Positions 28,739 to 47,534 of a stretch of DNA of 64,000 nucleotides are shown here, in pieces. This DNA is from an uncultured Solirubrobacterales bacterium (GTDB lineage: Bacteria > Actinomycetota > Thermoleophilia > Solirubrobacterales > Solirubrobacteraceae): assembly GCA_963697945.1 (NCBI GenBank), contig OY969105.1:3035269-3099268 (forward strand), in the 5' to 3' direction. Numbering within the stretch: position 1 is the first letter of the stretch; every line of letters begins with the position of its first letter. Made by a program: the position numbers and the translations under genes. The notes under the pieces were generated by a model. It was not told where the DNA came from and ran no database searches. It saw only the letters and a program-made list of their open reading frames with translations.

Positions 28739-29923
<1,185 letters not shown>

Positions 29924-30099
29924 TTTTTGTTCGCTCCTGTAATCGACTTGTATGTCCGCCGTCAAAAGGCGAACCTAGAAAATCTATCTAAATGCTGCGT
30001 TTCGTGTGTGCTGGTTGGTTGGGTCTTGCAATTGGTCTGGCGTTAGTGTGGTCCAACTCCGTGTGACTTCTGACTGCAATTGCTCCTATCGCCTTATTT

Positions 30100-30205
30100 C
30101 TGAGAGGGCCGTGAGTCGAGCGAGACAAGGACGCAGGGAGCGTGGCGTACTACGTACGCGAGCGACCGAGGACGCAGTATCGCGAAGCGCTCACGGTCAT
30201 CTCAG
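30100..30205 (+). repeat. Structured ~104-bp dispersed element, copy B
   Basis: Outer stems CTGAGA/TCTCAG and GGCCGTGAG/CTCACGGTC, two AGGACGCAG, apical GCGTAC-TAC-GTACGC. Confidence 0.8.
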
Positions 30206-32304
30206 GCAGGTACGGGCTCTCCCGTGCGTTGCTCGACGATCTTCTCGGCGATGTTCGGCGGGACCTCCTCGTAGCCCTCGAACTGCATCGTGTAGTTCGC
30301 GCGGCCCTGCGTGTTGGAGCGCAGGTCGGTCGCATACCCGAACATCTCCGAGAGCGGCACGCGCGCGTGGATGGCGAGCGCGTTCCCTCGCTGCTCTGAT
30401 CCCTCCAGGTGCCCGCGCCGGCGTGAAAGGTCTCCCATCACGTCGCCCATGAACTCCTCCGGCGTGACCACCTCGACGGCAAAGATCGGCTCCAGCAGCA
30501 CAGGCTTGGCGCGCCTGGCGGCCTCCTTGAAGGCGATCGAACCGGCGACCTTGAATGCGATCTCCGAAGAGTCGACGTCGTGATACTTGCCGTCCACGAG
30601 CGTGACGCGCATGTCGACCATCGGATAGCCGGCCTTGACTCCGTTCTCCAGAGCCTCCTCGATGCCTTTGGCGACAGCCGGTATGAACTCGGAGGGGATG
30701 TTTCCGCCCTTGATCTTGTTGACGAACTCGAACCCCTCGCCGGGAGCGGGCTCGAGGTCGATGTAGACGACTCCGAACTGGCCCGAGCCTCCGGTCTGGC
30801 GCACGAACTTGCCTTCGACCTTCTGCACCGTCCCGCGGATCGTCTCGCGGTATGAGACCTGCGGGCGCCCAACGTTGGCCTCGACGCCGAACTCGCGCTT
30901 CATGCGGTCGACGAGCACTTCCAGATGTAGCTCGCCCATGCCCGAGATCTCGGTCTGGCCGGTCTCCTCGTTGGAGCGCACCTGAAAGGTCGGATCCTCC
31001 TCGGCCAGACGCCCGAGCGCGACCGACATCTTCTCCTGGTCGACCTTCGTCTTGGGCTCGACCGCGACCTTGATGACCGGATCGGGGAACACGATGTTCT
31101 CGAGCTTGATCGGCGCGTCGGGAGCGGCGAGCGTGTCGCCGGTGATGACCTGCTTGATGCCGACCGCCGCAGCGATGTCCCCCGCGTAGACCTCCGGGAC
31201 CTCCTCGCGCTCGTTGGCGTGCATCATCAGGATGCGCCCGATCCGCTCGGTCCGCCCGCTGTTGACGTTCAGCACGCGCGAGCCCGCCTCGAGTTTGCCC
31301 GAGTAGACGCGGAAGTAGGTCAGCTTGCCAACGTAGGGATCGGCCATGATCTTGAACGCCAGCGCCGCGAAAGGCTGGGAGTCGTCGGCGTTGCGTGTGA
31401 CCTCGCGCTCACCCTCCTCGCCGCGGACGAGTTCGGTGCCGGTCACCGGAGGAACGTCGAGCGGCGAGGGCAAATAGTCGATCACAGCGTCCAGCAGCGG
31501 CTGCACGCCCTTGTTCTTAAACGACGAGCCGCACAGCACCGGGGTCAGCTTGGTCGAGAGCGTCGCCTTGCGAATCGCCTGCTTCAGGAGCGCCTCGGGG
31601 ATCTCGCCCTCCTCGAGGATCAGCTCCAGGAGCCCGTCGTCGTAGTGGGAGACTTCCTCCAGCAGGTGCTCACGCGCCGCCGCGGCCTCGTCGGCCAGTC
31701 GCTCGGGAATCTCGACTTCGTCCTGCTCCTTGCCGAGCTCGTCCTTGTAGACGATCGCTTTCATCGCGACCAGATCGACGATCCCCTCGAAGTCGCCCTC
31801 GGCGCCGATCGGCAGCTGAATCGGGACGGGCTGGGCGCCGAGGCGGTCGATCATCGTCTGCACGCCCTGCTCGAAATCGGCGCCGGTGCGGTCCATCTTG
31901 TTGATGTAGGCGATCCGCGGGACGTGGTACTTGTCGGCCTGGCGCCACACCGTCTCGGACTGGGGCTCCACGCCCGCGACCGAATCGAACAGTGCGATCG
32001 CGCCGTCGAGCACGCGCAGTGAACGCTCGACCTCGACGGTGAAGTCGACGTGGCCGGGCGTGTCGATGATGTTGATGCGGTGATCCTTCCACTCCGCGGT
32101 GGTGGCGGCGGAGGTGATCGTGATGCCGCGCTCCTGCTCCTGTTCCATCCAGTCCATCGTGGCCGCGCCGTCGTGGACCTCACCGATCTTGTAGGTGCGA
32201 CCGGTGTAGTAGAGGATGCGCTCGGTCGTCGTCGTCTTACCGGCGTCGATGTGCGCCATGATCCCGATATTGCGGGTGTTGTGAAGTGTGAACTTACGTG
32301 GCAT
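30202..32304 (-). CDS. fusA: Elongation factor G
   Basis: [31 protein letters not shown]; 700 aa. Confidence 0.99.
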   Translation of the reverse strand: MPRKFTLHNTRNIGIMAHIDAGKTTTTERILYYTGRTYKIGEVHDGAATMDWMEQEQERGITITSAATTAEWKDHRINIIDTPGHVDFTVEVERSLRVLDGAIALFDSVAGVEPQSETVWRQADKYHVPRIAYINKMDRTGADFEQGVQTMIDRLGAQPVPIQLPIGAEGDFEGIVDLVAMKAIVYKDELGKEQDEVEIPERLADEAAAAREHLLEEVSHYDDGLLELILEEGEIPEALLKQAIRKATLSTKLTPVLCGSSFKNKGVQPLLDAVIDYLPSPLDVPPVTGTELVRGEEGEREVTRNADDSQPFAALAFKIMADPYVGKLTYFRVYSGKLEAGSRVLNVNSGRTERIGRILMMHANEREEVPEVYAGDIAAAVGIKQVITGDTLAAPDAPIKLENIVFPDPVIKVAVEPKTKVDQEKMSVALGRLAEEDPTFQVRSNEETGQTEISGMGELHLEVLVDRMKREFGVEANVGRPQVSYRETIRGTVQKVEGKFVRQTGGSGQFGVVYIDLEPAPGEGFEFVNKIKGGNIPSEFIPAVAKGIEEALENGVKAGYPMVDMRVTLVDGKYHDVDSSEIAFKVAGSIAFKEAARRAKPVLLEPIFAVEVVTPEEFMGDVMGDLSRRRGHLEGSEQRGNALAIHARVPLSEMFGYATDLRSNTQGRANYTMQFEGYEEVPPNIAEKIVEQRTGEPVPA

Positions 32305-32354
32305 GGCTCGGTCTGGTGGGTGTGAAAAGGGTGTCTGTGCGGCGTGCTCGGGGC

Positions 32355-32379
32355 AAAAAAATGGGGCCCCTCGGGCCCA
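32355..32379 (-). terminator. Intrinsic terminator-like hairpin + U7, 50 nt upstream of the fusA start
   Basis: Minus strand GGGCCC-GAG-GGGCCC-CA-TTTTTTT. Confidence 0.6.
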
Positions 32380-32517
32380 CGCGCGCTGCTGGTCGGATCT
32401 GGACCGGTTCGCGTCGTTATCTGCTCGAGGTCACCATCTTGATTGCTTGGCTTCGCGGCGGGCCTGCTCGCACGGCTGCGCCCATACGCAAGGCGAGGCC
32501 GACTATAGCAGAGGATT

Positions 32518-33123
32518 TCAGGCGGTCTTTGCGTTTGCGTCCGTCGCCGGATCGGGGCAGGACCCGCTGCTGGGAGCGTCTTCGAACACCACGCTGAGGC
32601 GCTCCAGCACGCGGGTGGCGACGCGTAGCTCCTCCGGCTCAACGCCCTGTAGCGCAGCCTGCCAGCCTCCCTGCCAGGCGGCGCGCTTGGCCTCGATCTT
32701 GCCTCTGCCCTGCACCGTCAGACGGGAGACCACCACGCGGCGGTCGGTCTCAGAGCGAGCGCGCTCGACGTGACCGCAGTCCGCGAGATGCTCGAGCATC
32801 TGCGTGACGGTGGCTGGGGTCAGCCGCGCCGCTGCGGCGAGCTCCCCTGCCGGCAGCTCACCGCGCTCGTACAGCTCGATCAGCAGCTCGAACTGGGCAT
32901 GGCTGATCTCCGAGCCCCCGAGATGGGTGTCGCGACCGCGCAGGCGATTGAGACTGCGAAACACCCGGCGAAAGGCCTTACCGAGCCCGTCCAGCTCGGC
33001 GCTCCACTCCGGCGCCGGGTAAGCGAGCGCCGATCCCACCGCTCCCGAGTCCGAGGACCCGGGTGAGGAGGCCGGATCGGGGTCCGCCGGTTGGATGGAG
33101 GGTGTGGCCGCGGTTGGGCTCAT
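32518..33123 (-). CDS. MarR-family transcriptional regulator
   Basis: [36 protein letters not shown]. Confidence 0.9.
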   Translation of the reverse strand: MSPTAATPSIQPADPDPASSPGSSDSGAVGSALAYPAPEWSAELDGLGKAFRRVFRSLNRLRGRDTHLGGSEISHAQFELLIELYERGELPAGELAAAARLTPATVTQMLEHLADCGHVERARSETDRRVVVSRLTVQGRGKIEAKRAAWQGGWQAALQGVEPEELRVATRVLERLSVVFEDAPSSGSCPDPATDANAKTA

Positions 33124-33136
33124 GCCGCTGTCCCCA

Positions 33137-34627
33137 CTACGCCCCGAGCGGCTCGACCGCGGCCTCAGCGCCGGCGGCCTCGCGCGTGAGCTTCGCGCGC
33201 GGATTCTCGGCCCGTGCCAGCACCAGACACGGGATCAGCGACAGCAGCGCGATTGCCAGGGCCCACCAGTAGGCCGAGTTGAACGCGCTCGCGAGCTGCG
33301 CCGGCGTGGACGCGTGGGCGCCGGCGCGTTGCAGCACGACCGCGAGCACCGCCACTCCGATCGCCCCGCCGACACGCTGGAGCATGTTCAGCTGCGGCGT
33401 CGCGTCGGAGAGCTCCTCCGGTCGCAGTGCCGTGAACGCGGCGGTCATCGCGGGCATGAACGACAGCCCGATGCCCACGCCGCGCACGGCCAGCACGAGT
33501 GAAATCGCGACGATCGAGGTGTTCGCTCCGATCAGCACGAACGGGACCGTGCTCAGACACAGGATCGAGACGCCGACGATCGCCACGCGACCGCCCCCGA
33601 AGCGTTCGGTGAGGCGTCCGTTGAGCGGTCCGACGAGCAGCATCCCCAGCCCTTGCGGGCCGACGAGCAGGCCCGTGACGATGATGCTCTCGCCGCGCAC
33701 CTCCTGGTAGTAGAGCGGGATCAAAATCATCGCGCCGAACAGCGAGGCGCCCAGCCCGAACGTCGTCAGCGAGGCCGCCCCGAAGACGCGGTTCTTATAC
33801 AGACGGATGTCAAGCAGCGGACGCTCGACCCGCAGCGCGTGCCAACCGAACGCAAGCGTCAGCGCGACCCCGACCAGCAGCGGCCAGATCACGCTCGGGG
33901 CGGTGAGGCTGGCGTTCGTGCCGAGCTCCGACAGGCCATACACGACCGCGGTGGCGCCCGTCGAGATCAGTGCCAGGCCGAGCACGTCCAGCTGTCCGGC
34001 CTCGCCGGACTCGGTCTTCGGCAGCATCCGCCAGCCGAGCACGAACGCGACCACGCCGATCGGGACGTTGACGAGGAAGATCCACGACCAGTGCAGCTCC
34101 TGCAGGATCACGCCCCCGACCACCGGCCCGAGGATCGGTGCGAGCATCGCGGGCATCACCACGACGCCCATCACGCGACCCATCCGCTTGGGGCCCGCGA
34201 CCTGGGCCATGATCAGCTGAGCGATCGGCATGATCATCCCGCCGCCGGCTCCCTGCAGCACGCGAAAGAACACGAGCGTCGTCAGCGAGCCGGCCACCGC
34301 GCACAGTCCCGAGCCGGCCGTGAACAGCACCAGCGAGACCAGATACACGCGCTTGGCCCCGAACCGCCGTGCCGCCCATCCAGTCACCGGGATGACCGCC
34401 GCCAGCGCGAGCAGATAGCCGGTTACGACCCACTGCACTTGGGAGATCGAGCTGTGCAGATCGTGCCCGAGCGTGTGCAGCGCGACGTTCACGATGGTCG
34501 TGTCGAGGATCGACATGATCATCCCCAGGATCACCACGCCGGCGATCTTCCAGACGTAGGGCTCGATGTGATCTGAGGCCTCCGGGTGAAAGCCCGGATC
34601 GGCTGCGGTTGTCGGAGAGGAAGACAT
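33137..34627 (-). CDS. DHA2 (EmrB/QacA-type) MFS efflux transporter
   Basis: LDTTIVNVAL, QWVVTGYLLA, RRFGAKR, RVLQGAGGG, GPVVGG; about 14 TM. Confidence 0.92.
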   Translation of the reverse strand: MSSSPTTAADPGFHPEASDHIEPYVWKIAGVVILGMIMSILDTTIVNVALHTLGHDLHSSISQVQWVVTGYLLALAAVIPVTGWAARRFGAKRVYLVSLVLFTAGSGLCAVAGSLTTLVFFRVLQGAGGGMIMPIAQLIMAQVAGPKRMGRVMGVVVMPAMLAPILGPVVGGVILQELHWSWIFLVNVPIGVVAFVLGWRMLPKTESGEAGQLDVLGLALISTGATAVVYGLSELGTNASLTAPSVIWPLLVGVALTLAFGWHALRVERPLLDIRLYKNRVFGAASLTTFGLGASLFGAMILIPLYYQEVRGESIIVTGLLVGPQGLGMLLVGPLNGRLTERFGGGRVAIVGVSILCLSTVPFVLIGANTSIVAISLVLAVRGVGIGLSFMPAMTAAFTALRPEELSDATPQLNMLQRVGGAIGVAVLAVVLQRAGAHASTPAQLASAFNSAYWWALAIALLSLIPCLVLARAENPRAKLTREAAGAEAAVEPLGA

Positions 34628-34667
34628 TTGGTACCGAAAGTTTAGGTACCAAACCTTATTTCTTCAA
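34627..34667 (-). promoter_or_regulatory. Promoter TTGAAG-17-TAAACT overlapped by a 27-bp inverted repeat (probable MarR operator)
   Basis: -35 at 34662-34667 and -10 at 34639-34644 on the minus strand; palindrome TTTGGTACC-GAAAGTTTA-GGTACCAAA at 34627-34653. Confidence 0.75.
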
Positions 34668-34686
34668 CCCCGCCGAGGATGTTGTT

Positions 34687-34832
34687 CTGCTCGGCGCATG
34701 CGCCGAGCAGCGGGGGCGCGCATGCGCGCCCCCGAACGGGCCGCACATGTGCGGCCCGGGCGTCGCCACATGTGGCGACGCCTTGCGGGCGGTGCATGCA
34801 CCGCCCGCCGACCCCGCGCATGCGCGGGGTCG
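34687..34832. repeat. Array 2 of six tandem CATG-centred perfect palindromes
   Basis: Units 34687-34710, 34711-34734, 34737-34758 (22 bp), 34759-34782, 34785-34808, 34809-34832. Confidence 0.97.
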
Positions 34833-34887
34833 CCCTACAAGGTCAATGCGACCGATAGCCAGTCGGGCAATCGTATGTCGCTACGAC

Positions 34888-34991
34888 GTAGCGGTTCGAG
34901 GACCAAGCGGACCGCGGACGCAGGGAGCGAAGTGTGCTCTGCACATGAGCGACCGAGGACAAAGGTCCGCGCCGCGTCCTCGGGCCGCTAC
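34888..34991 (+). repeat. Structured ~104-bp dispersed element, copy C
   Basis: 16-bp outer stem GTAGCGGTTCGAGGAC/GTCCTCGGGCCGCTAC, inner GCGGACC/GGTCCGC, apical GTGTGC-TCT-GCACAT. Confidence 0.8.
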
Positions 34992-35458
34992 CAGCGGTAA
35001 TGGGCGAAGGCCTTGTTGGCCTGGGCCATGCGGTAAATGTCGTCCTTGCGCTTATACGCACCGCCCTGCTGAGACTGGGCGTCCAACAGCTCGTTGGCCA
35101 GTCGCTGGGCCATCGTCTTCTCGCGGCGCTGGCGCGCGAACTCGACCAGCCAGCGCACCGCCAGCGTACGCGCGCGGCGCGAAGCAACCTCGACGGGGAC
35201 CTGATAGGTGGCGCCACCGACGCGGCGCGATTTGACCTCAAGGGTCGGCGTGAGCGCCTTGATCGAGGCCTCGAGCGTCTCGATCGGGTCTTTGTCCGAG
35301 CGCTCCCCCAACAGTGCCAGCGCGTCGTAGACGATCCGCTCGGCCGTCGACTTCTTGCCGTCGAGCATCACCTTGTTGATCACCTGCTGGACCAGCTTCG
35401 AGCGATGTATCGGGTCCGCCTCCACGGGGCGAATTTGGGCGGCTGCGCGTCTGGGCAT
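34988..35458 (-). CDS. rpsG: 30S ribosomal protein S7
   Basis: [38 protein letters not shown]. Confidence 0.98.
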   Translation of the reverse strand: MPRRAAAQIRPVEADPIHRSKLVQQVINKVMLDGKKSTAERIVYDALALLGERSDKDPIETLEASIKALTPTLEVKSRRVGGATYQVPVEVASRRARTLAVRWLVEFARQRREKTMAQRLANELLDAQSQQGGAYKRKDDIYRMAQANKAFAHYRW

Positions 35459-35464
35459 GAATCG

Positions 35465-35860
35465 TTACTTTTTCTTCACGCCGTACTGCGAGCGGGCCTT
35501 CTTGCGATCGCTCACGCCGGCGGCGTCGAGCGTGCCACGCACGACCTTGTAGCGAACACCCGGCAAGTCCTTGACGCGTCCACCGCGCACGAGCACCACC
35601 GAGTGCTCCTGCAAGTTGTGGCCCTCACCGGGGATGTAAGCGGTGACCTCGATCGACCCGGAGATGCGAATACGCGCAACCTTGCGCAGCGCGGAGTTAG
35701 GCTTCTTCGGTGTGGTCGTATACACACGCGTGCACACCCCGCGACGCTGTGGCGCCGCGACCTTCTTCTTGCGCCCCTTGCCCGACTTCAGGCCAGGAGT
35801 CGCCAGCTTCTTCTTGGGGGCCACGCGCCCCTTGCGCACGAGCTGTGATGTGGTCGGCAT
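35465..35860 (-). CDS. rpsL: 30S ribosomal protein S12
   Basis: [36 protein letters not shown]; start ATG 35860. Confidence 0.98.
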   Translation of the reverse strand: MPTTSQLVRKGRVAPKKKLATPGLKSGKGRKKKVAAPQRRGVCTRVYTTTPKKPNSALRKVARIRISGSIEVTAYIPGEGHNLQEHSVVLVRGGRVKDLPGVRYKVVRGTLDAAGVSDRKKARSQYGVKKK

Positions 35861-35910
35861 TCGGCCGGGGATGGTAGCAGCGCGGCGCGCCCGTGCGAGC
35901 GATCGGGTCG

Positions 35911-36801
35911 CTAAGCCGTCGCCGAGGCCGCAGCGGGAACTCCCGCCGCGCGGACGGGAGCGGGCATCAACGCGCACGCGACGACCACGAGCACGAACGC
36001 CAGCGACTGCAGTACCACGCCCACGGGGCTGGCCGCCATCGGGTCGCCGAACACGACGATCCCTCCGGCGATACCCGCGATGTTCGCGGCCGTTCCGGTC
36101 ACCGCGATGACGGGCACGGCGTCTCCGTCTTGGAGTCCGCGCGCGGACGCGTAGAACGCGACGATCGAGGCGAGCAGTGCGACCGCCAGCCAGGGGCTGA
36201 GCAGGAGCGCGAGCAGACCGTGTGCTCCCGTGATGCCCGACAGCGCCTTGATGGCCGTGTCTGAGACCCCGAACAGGATCCCGGAAGCGGCGCCCAGCAT
36301 CACACCGTGATGCTCCACGGGGCCACCCATGCGCGGCCCCATGATCAAGAGGCCGCCCAACCCGAACAGGCCGGCCTCAAAGGAGATCATCGCCGCCTGC
36401 GAAAACTGCGAGTGCGCGCCGTGCATCGCCGGCAGCGTCACGCCGAGCATCACCAAACCCACGCCGGTCAGACACAGGCCGATCCACTGACGGCGACCGA
36501 CCGCGAAACCGAACATGCGATCGGCCATCACCGCGATGAACACGATGCCGGCCGCCAGCGAGACCTGGATTACCGACATCGGTGCCAGCGTGAGGGCCGC
36601 CACATGCAGAGCCCAACTGGCGGTCGCGACGATCATGCCGATCGTGAACCACTTCGAGGCGAACAGCGCTCGGGCCGAACGCAGCGGATGGCGCACCTGC
36701 ACGCTCGGGGCGGCGTTGGCGCCCCGATACTTGTAAAAGAAGCCGAGGTTCGCGACGAACGCGCACGCGAGTGCCAGGAGGATGCCGAGGGCGAGGGTCA
36801 T
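35911..36801 (-). CDS. DMT-superfamily-like multi-pass membrane protein
   Basis: About 9-10 hydrophobic segments; [18 protein letters not shown] resembles DMT/EamA-type repeats. Confidence 0.6.
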   Translation of the reverse strand: MTLALGILLALACAFVANLGFFYKYRGANAAPSVQVRHPLRSARALFASKWFTIGMIVATASWALHVAALTLAPMSVIQVSLAAGIVFIAVMADRMFGFAVGRRQWIGLCLTGVGLVMLGVTLPAMHGAHSQFSQAAMISFEAGLFGLGGLLIMGPRMGGPVEHHGVMLGAASGILFGVSDTAIKALSGITGAHGLLALLLSPWLAVALLASIVAFYASARGLQDGDAVPVIAVTGTAANIAGIAGGIVVFGDPMAASPVGVVLQSLAFVLVVVACALMPAPVRAAGVPAAASATA

Positions 36802-36977
36802 GAGAGTGGTTTGTTCGGTCGTCTTGTTTGTGGTCGGGAAGTTAGAGCTGCTGGTGAGCGTCCTGTACTGCTGAGAGCTATCGGCGTCCCCACGCCCGCC
36901 CTGAAGTGCATCGACAGAGCCCGGCTACTGCTTTACTTGCCGCACTCGATCCGGGCACATTACCGGTGCGAACCTGT

Positions 36978-37538
36978 ATGCGAGCTAAAGAACAACAGCC
37001 CTACGAGAAGCCTCTGCTGATGGTGGACATCGACGGAGTCATCTCGCTGTTCGGCTTCGCCGGGCAGACACCGTGGACCGAGCGCGTCACTGCGCAGGCG
37101 GGCTCCTTCCACACGATCGACGGCGTGCCCCACTTCCTTTCGCCCGCCGCCGCCGCGCACCTGCTGACGCTGGCGAGCGACTTCGACCTCGTATGGGCCA
37201 GCGGCTGGGAGGAGAAGGCCGAGGAATATCTGCCGCGCCTGCTCGAACTGCCGGCGGGCCTGCCGTTCCTCAGCTTCGAGCGCTCGCCCGGGCGCGGCAA
37301 CGCCCACTGGAAGCTGGCGGCGATCGAGGAGTACGCCGGTTCGCGAGCGTTGGCGTGGATCGACGACGCGTTCAACGATTCCTGCCACGCATGGGCGGCC
37401 ACGCGCCCAGCGCCCACGCTGCTGGTGCAGACCGCGCCGGAGCGGGGCTTGACCTCAGTCGAGGCTCAACTGCTGTTGGACTGGGCACGAGAGCTCTCGC
37501 CGGCGAGGAACCGGCGTTCCAGATTGGTGCGCACCTGA
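36978..37538 (+). CDS. HAD-superfamily domain protein
   Basis: LLMVDIDGVI (motif I), VWASGW (motif II), WKL, AWIDD (motif IV). Confidence 0.75.
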   Translation: MRAKEQQPYEKPLLMVDIDGVISLFGFAGQTPWTERVTAQAGSFHTIDGVPHFLSPAAAAHLLTLASDFDLVWASGWEEKAEEYLPRLLELPAGLPFLSFERSPGRGNAHWKLAAIEEYAGSRALAWIDDAFNDSCHAWAATRPAPTLLVQTAPERGLTSVEAQLLLDWARELSPARNRRSRLVRT

Positions 37539-38089
37539 GGCCACTCCTGGTCGGTGATGCTGTAGTAGGCCGAGTCCCGCACGCCGACTCCCGGCATCTG
37601 CACGTGCTTGCGCAGGATGCCCTCGAACTGTGCCGGGAGCGCCTCGATCGCCGCGCGGGAGCGCTCGTTGCGGGCGTCGGTCTTGAACTCCACCCGCATA
37701 CACGCAAGGCGCTCGAACGCATGCTCGAGCATCAGCAGCTTTGCCTCGACGTTCGCTCCGGTTCGCCACATCGAGGGCGTGAGCCAGGTCCAGCCGATCT
37801 CCACGCCCCGGTGAGCCTCGCGCACGTTCAGATAGCGCGTGCTTCCGATCGGCTCTCCGCTCATGCGATCGACCGTCGCGAACACCCCCTCCCTGCCCGC
37901 CTGTGACTCCGCCAGGCTGGCGGCGAACCACGCCGAGAAGATTTCGCGGCTGTCTCCGACCGGCGCCAGCCAGCGCCAGATCTCAGGATGCTGGGCGGCA
38001 GCGAACAGGCCCTCTTCGTGACCAGCATCCAGTGGCTCGAGCACCACAATCTGGCCCTCCAGGCGCGTTGTCAGCCGCTGCTCCCACAT
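37466..38089 (-). CDS. GNAT acetyltransferase, RimJ/RimL-like
   Basis: VEIGWTWL, NVEAKLLMLEHAFE, RVEFKTDARNERSRAAI. Confidence 0.88.
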   Translation of the reverse strand: MWEQRLTTRLEGQIVVLEPLDAGHEEGLFAAAQHPEIWRWLAPVGDSREIFSAWFAASLAESQAGREGVFATVDRMSGEPIGSTRYLNVREAHRGVEIGWTWLTPSMWRTGANVEAKLLMLEHAFERLACMRVEFKTDARNERSRAAIEALPAQFEGILRKHVQMPGVGVRDSAYYSITDQEWPQVRTNLERRFLAGESSRAQSNSS

Positions 38090-38139
38090 CGCGGTCCCCA
38101 GGCTATCTGCTCGCTGTGCCGCGATAGGCTGCCAGAGCG

Positions 38140-38622
38140 ATGGCAGGCACGAACATCAACGAGCCCATCTTCGACGAGCCGCGCGAGCACCCCGGGTTCA
38201 ACTGCAAACGGGCGCGTCTCAGCCGCCAGGCCGGCAGCGAGCGACTGGGGTTGAGCCTGTGGGAGCTGCCGCCCGGCGAAGCGGCCTTTCCCTACCACTA
38301 TCACCTCACCGAGGAGGAGCTCGTGGTGGTGCTCGACGGAGCCCCGAGCCTGCGCACGCCCGAGGGCTGGCGCGACCTCGCTCAGGGGGAGGTCGTCCCG
38401 TTCCTGCGCGGCGAGCACGGCGCCCATCAGCTCGTCAACCGCACCAACGAGACGGTGCGCTTTCTGGCGTTCAGCACCAACGGCGAGCCCGACATCGTGA
38501 TCCGCCCCGACTCGAACACGCTCGGCGCCTACGAGCGCCAGGTGGACGGAGGTGGCCTGCGAGCGGTCTTCCGCGCCGCGGACACCGTCGACTATTACGA
38601 GGGCGAGCACCCTCCGGACTGA
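38140..38622 (+). CDS. Cupin domain protein
   Basis: LPPGEAAFPYHYHLTEEELVVVLDG, GAHQLVN. Confidence 0.88.
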   Translation: MAGTNINEPIFDEPREHPGFNCKRARLSRQAGSERLGLSLWELPPGEAAFPYHYHLTEEELVVVLDGAPSLRTPEGWRDLAQGEVVPFLRGEHGAHQLVNRTNETVRFLAFSTNGEPDIVIRPDSNTLGAYERQVDGGGLRAVFRAADTVDYYEGEHPPD

Positions 38623-38651
38623 AAAACGCGGCCGGGCATTACCCGGCCGCG
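38622..38651 (-). terminator. Intrinsic terminator of rpoC
   Basis: CGCGGCCGGG/CCCGGCCGCG 10-bp stem followed by T5 on the minus strand, 22 nt after the rpoC stop. Confidence 0.7.
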
Positions 38652-38673
38652 CGTGTCCAACTGTACCCGAGGA

Positions 38674-42783
<4,110 letters not shown>

Positions 42784-42884
42784 CTGTTAACTCTGGCTTT
42801 CGCTTGCGGGTGAAACGGACGGTTGCGGTTCTGCCATGCCGGTGTCCCGCCGAACCGCCGGCGGGTGCTGTGCGTCGCCCGGGT

Positions 42885-46610
<3,726 letters not shown>

Positions 46611-47135
46611 GAAAACGTCTCCTTCGGAGGGCGAGAAACGGACGTAGGGAGGGCGCCCGAGAGCGCGACCAGCAAAGATAGCACAGGTCATCGACGCCCT
46701 TAAGTGGGCCGCCGACGCTCACGGACCCCGCCCTCGACGATCGCGTATGTGGCGCGACGCCATGCTTCCGGAGCGGCTGCGGCTATTGGTCAGCGCCCGG
46801 CACTTTACCGGAAAATCGGCCCGTTTGTTAGGCGCGGTTAAAGACGGGCGCAAACCCGCGGGGCGAGGCCGCCGGAGCACTGTGCACGTGCGGCGCGCGT
46901 CCACCCGGCGCCGTGAACGTGCGAGGAGCCCCTCGGCCGGCGGGGCCGGCGGTTGCTCGCAATGCCTGTCCGCCCCTCAATGATCTCCCAATTCGGCGTT
47001 AACGCGCGCGCACACGCGTTAACGCCGAAAAAGAGAGAGATATGCCTGCGCCCCCTCACCGCCCATACTCGCCCCCAAGCTCCCAACTCGCAAAAAAACG
47101 GGAGGGAGGGCGAGATGGGAGGAAGGAAGGGGGAC

Positions 47136-47528
47136 CTACTTCAGCTCGACGCTCCCGCCGGCCTCCTCGAGTTCGGCCTTGAGCTTGTCGGCCTCCTCCT
47201 TCTCGATGCCCTCCTTGACCGGCTTGGGGGCCTCGTCGACGAGCGCCTTGGCCTCTTTCAGGCCGAGGCCGGTGGCCGCGCGCACGACCTTGATGACCTG
47301 GATCTTCTTATCGCCGGACGCCGTGAGGATCACGTCGACGGTGCTCGAAGCTTCCTCCTCGGCACCGCCATCGCCACCGCCGGCCGCTCCCCCCGCTGCG
47401 GCCACCGGCGCGGCTACGGCCGCGGCGGAGACGCCGAACTCCTCCTCGAGCGCCTTGATGCGCTCGGCGAGCTCGAGCACCGAAATGCCCTTCAGCTCCT
47501 CGATCCAATCCTGTGTGCTGGTTGCCAT
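47136..47528 (-). CDS. rplL: 50S ribosomal protein L7/L12
   Basis: [25 protein letters not shown]. Confidence 0.98.
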   Translation of the reverse strand: MATSTQDWIEELKGISVLELAERIKALEEEFGVSAAAVAAPVAAAGGAAGGGDGGAEEEASSTVDVILTASGDKKIQVIKVVRAATGLGLKEAKALVDEAPKPVKEGIEKEEADKLKAELEEAGGSVELK

Positions 47529-47534
47529 GACTGT

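Noticed and set aside
32380-32420. Resemblance of GAACCGGTCCAGATCCGACCAGCAGC to SRP RNA domain IV
   Set aside because: Lacks the CCGGAAGG tetraloop hairpin and the long flanking helix
35465-35860. Streptomycin-resistance substitutions in S12
   Set aside because: The lysines in TTTPKKPNS and GRVKDLPG are wild type
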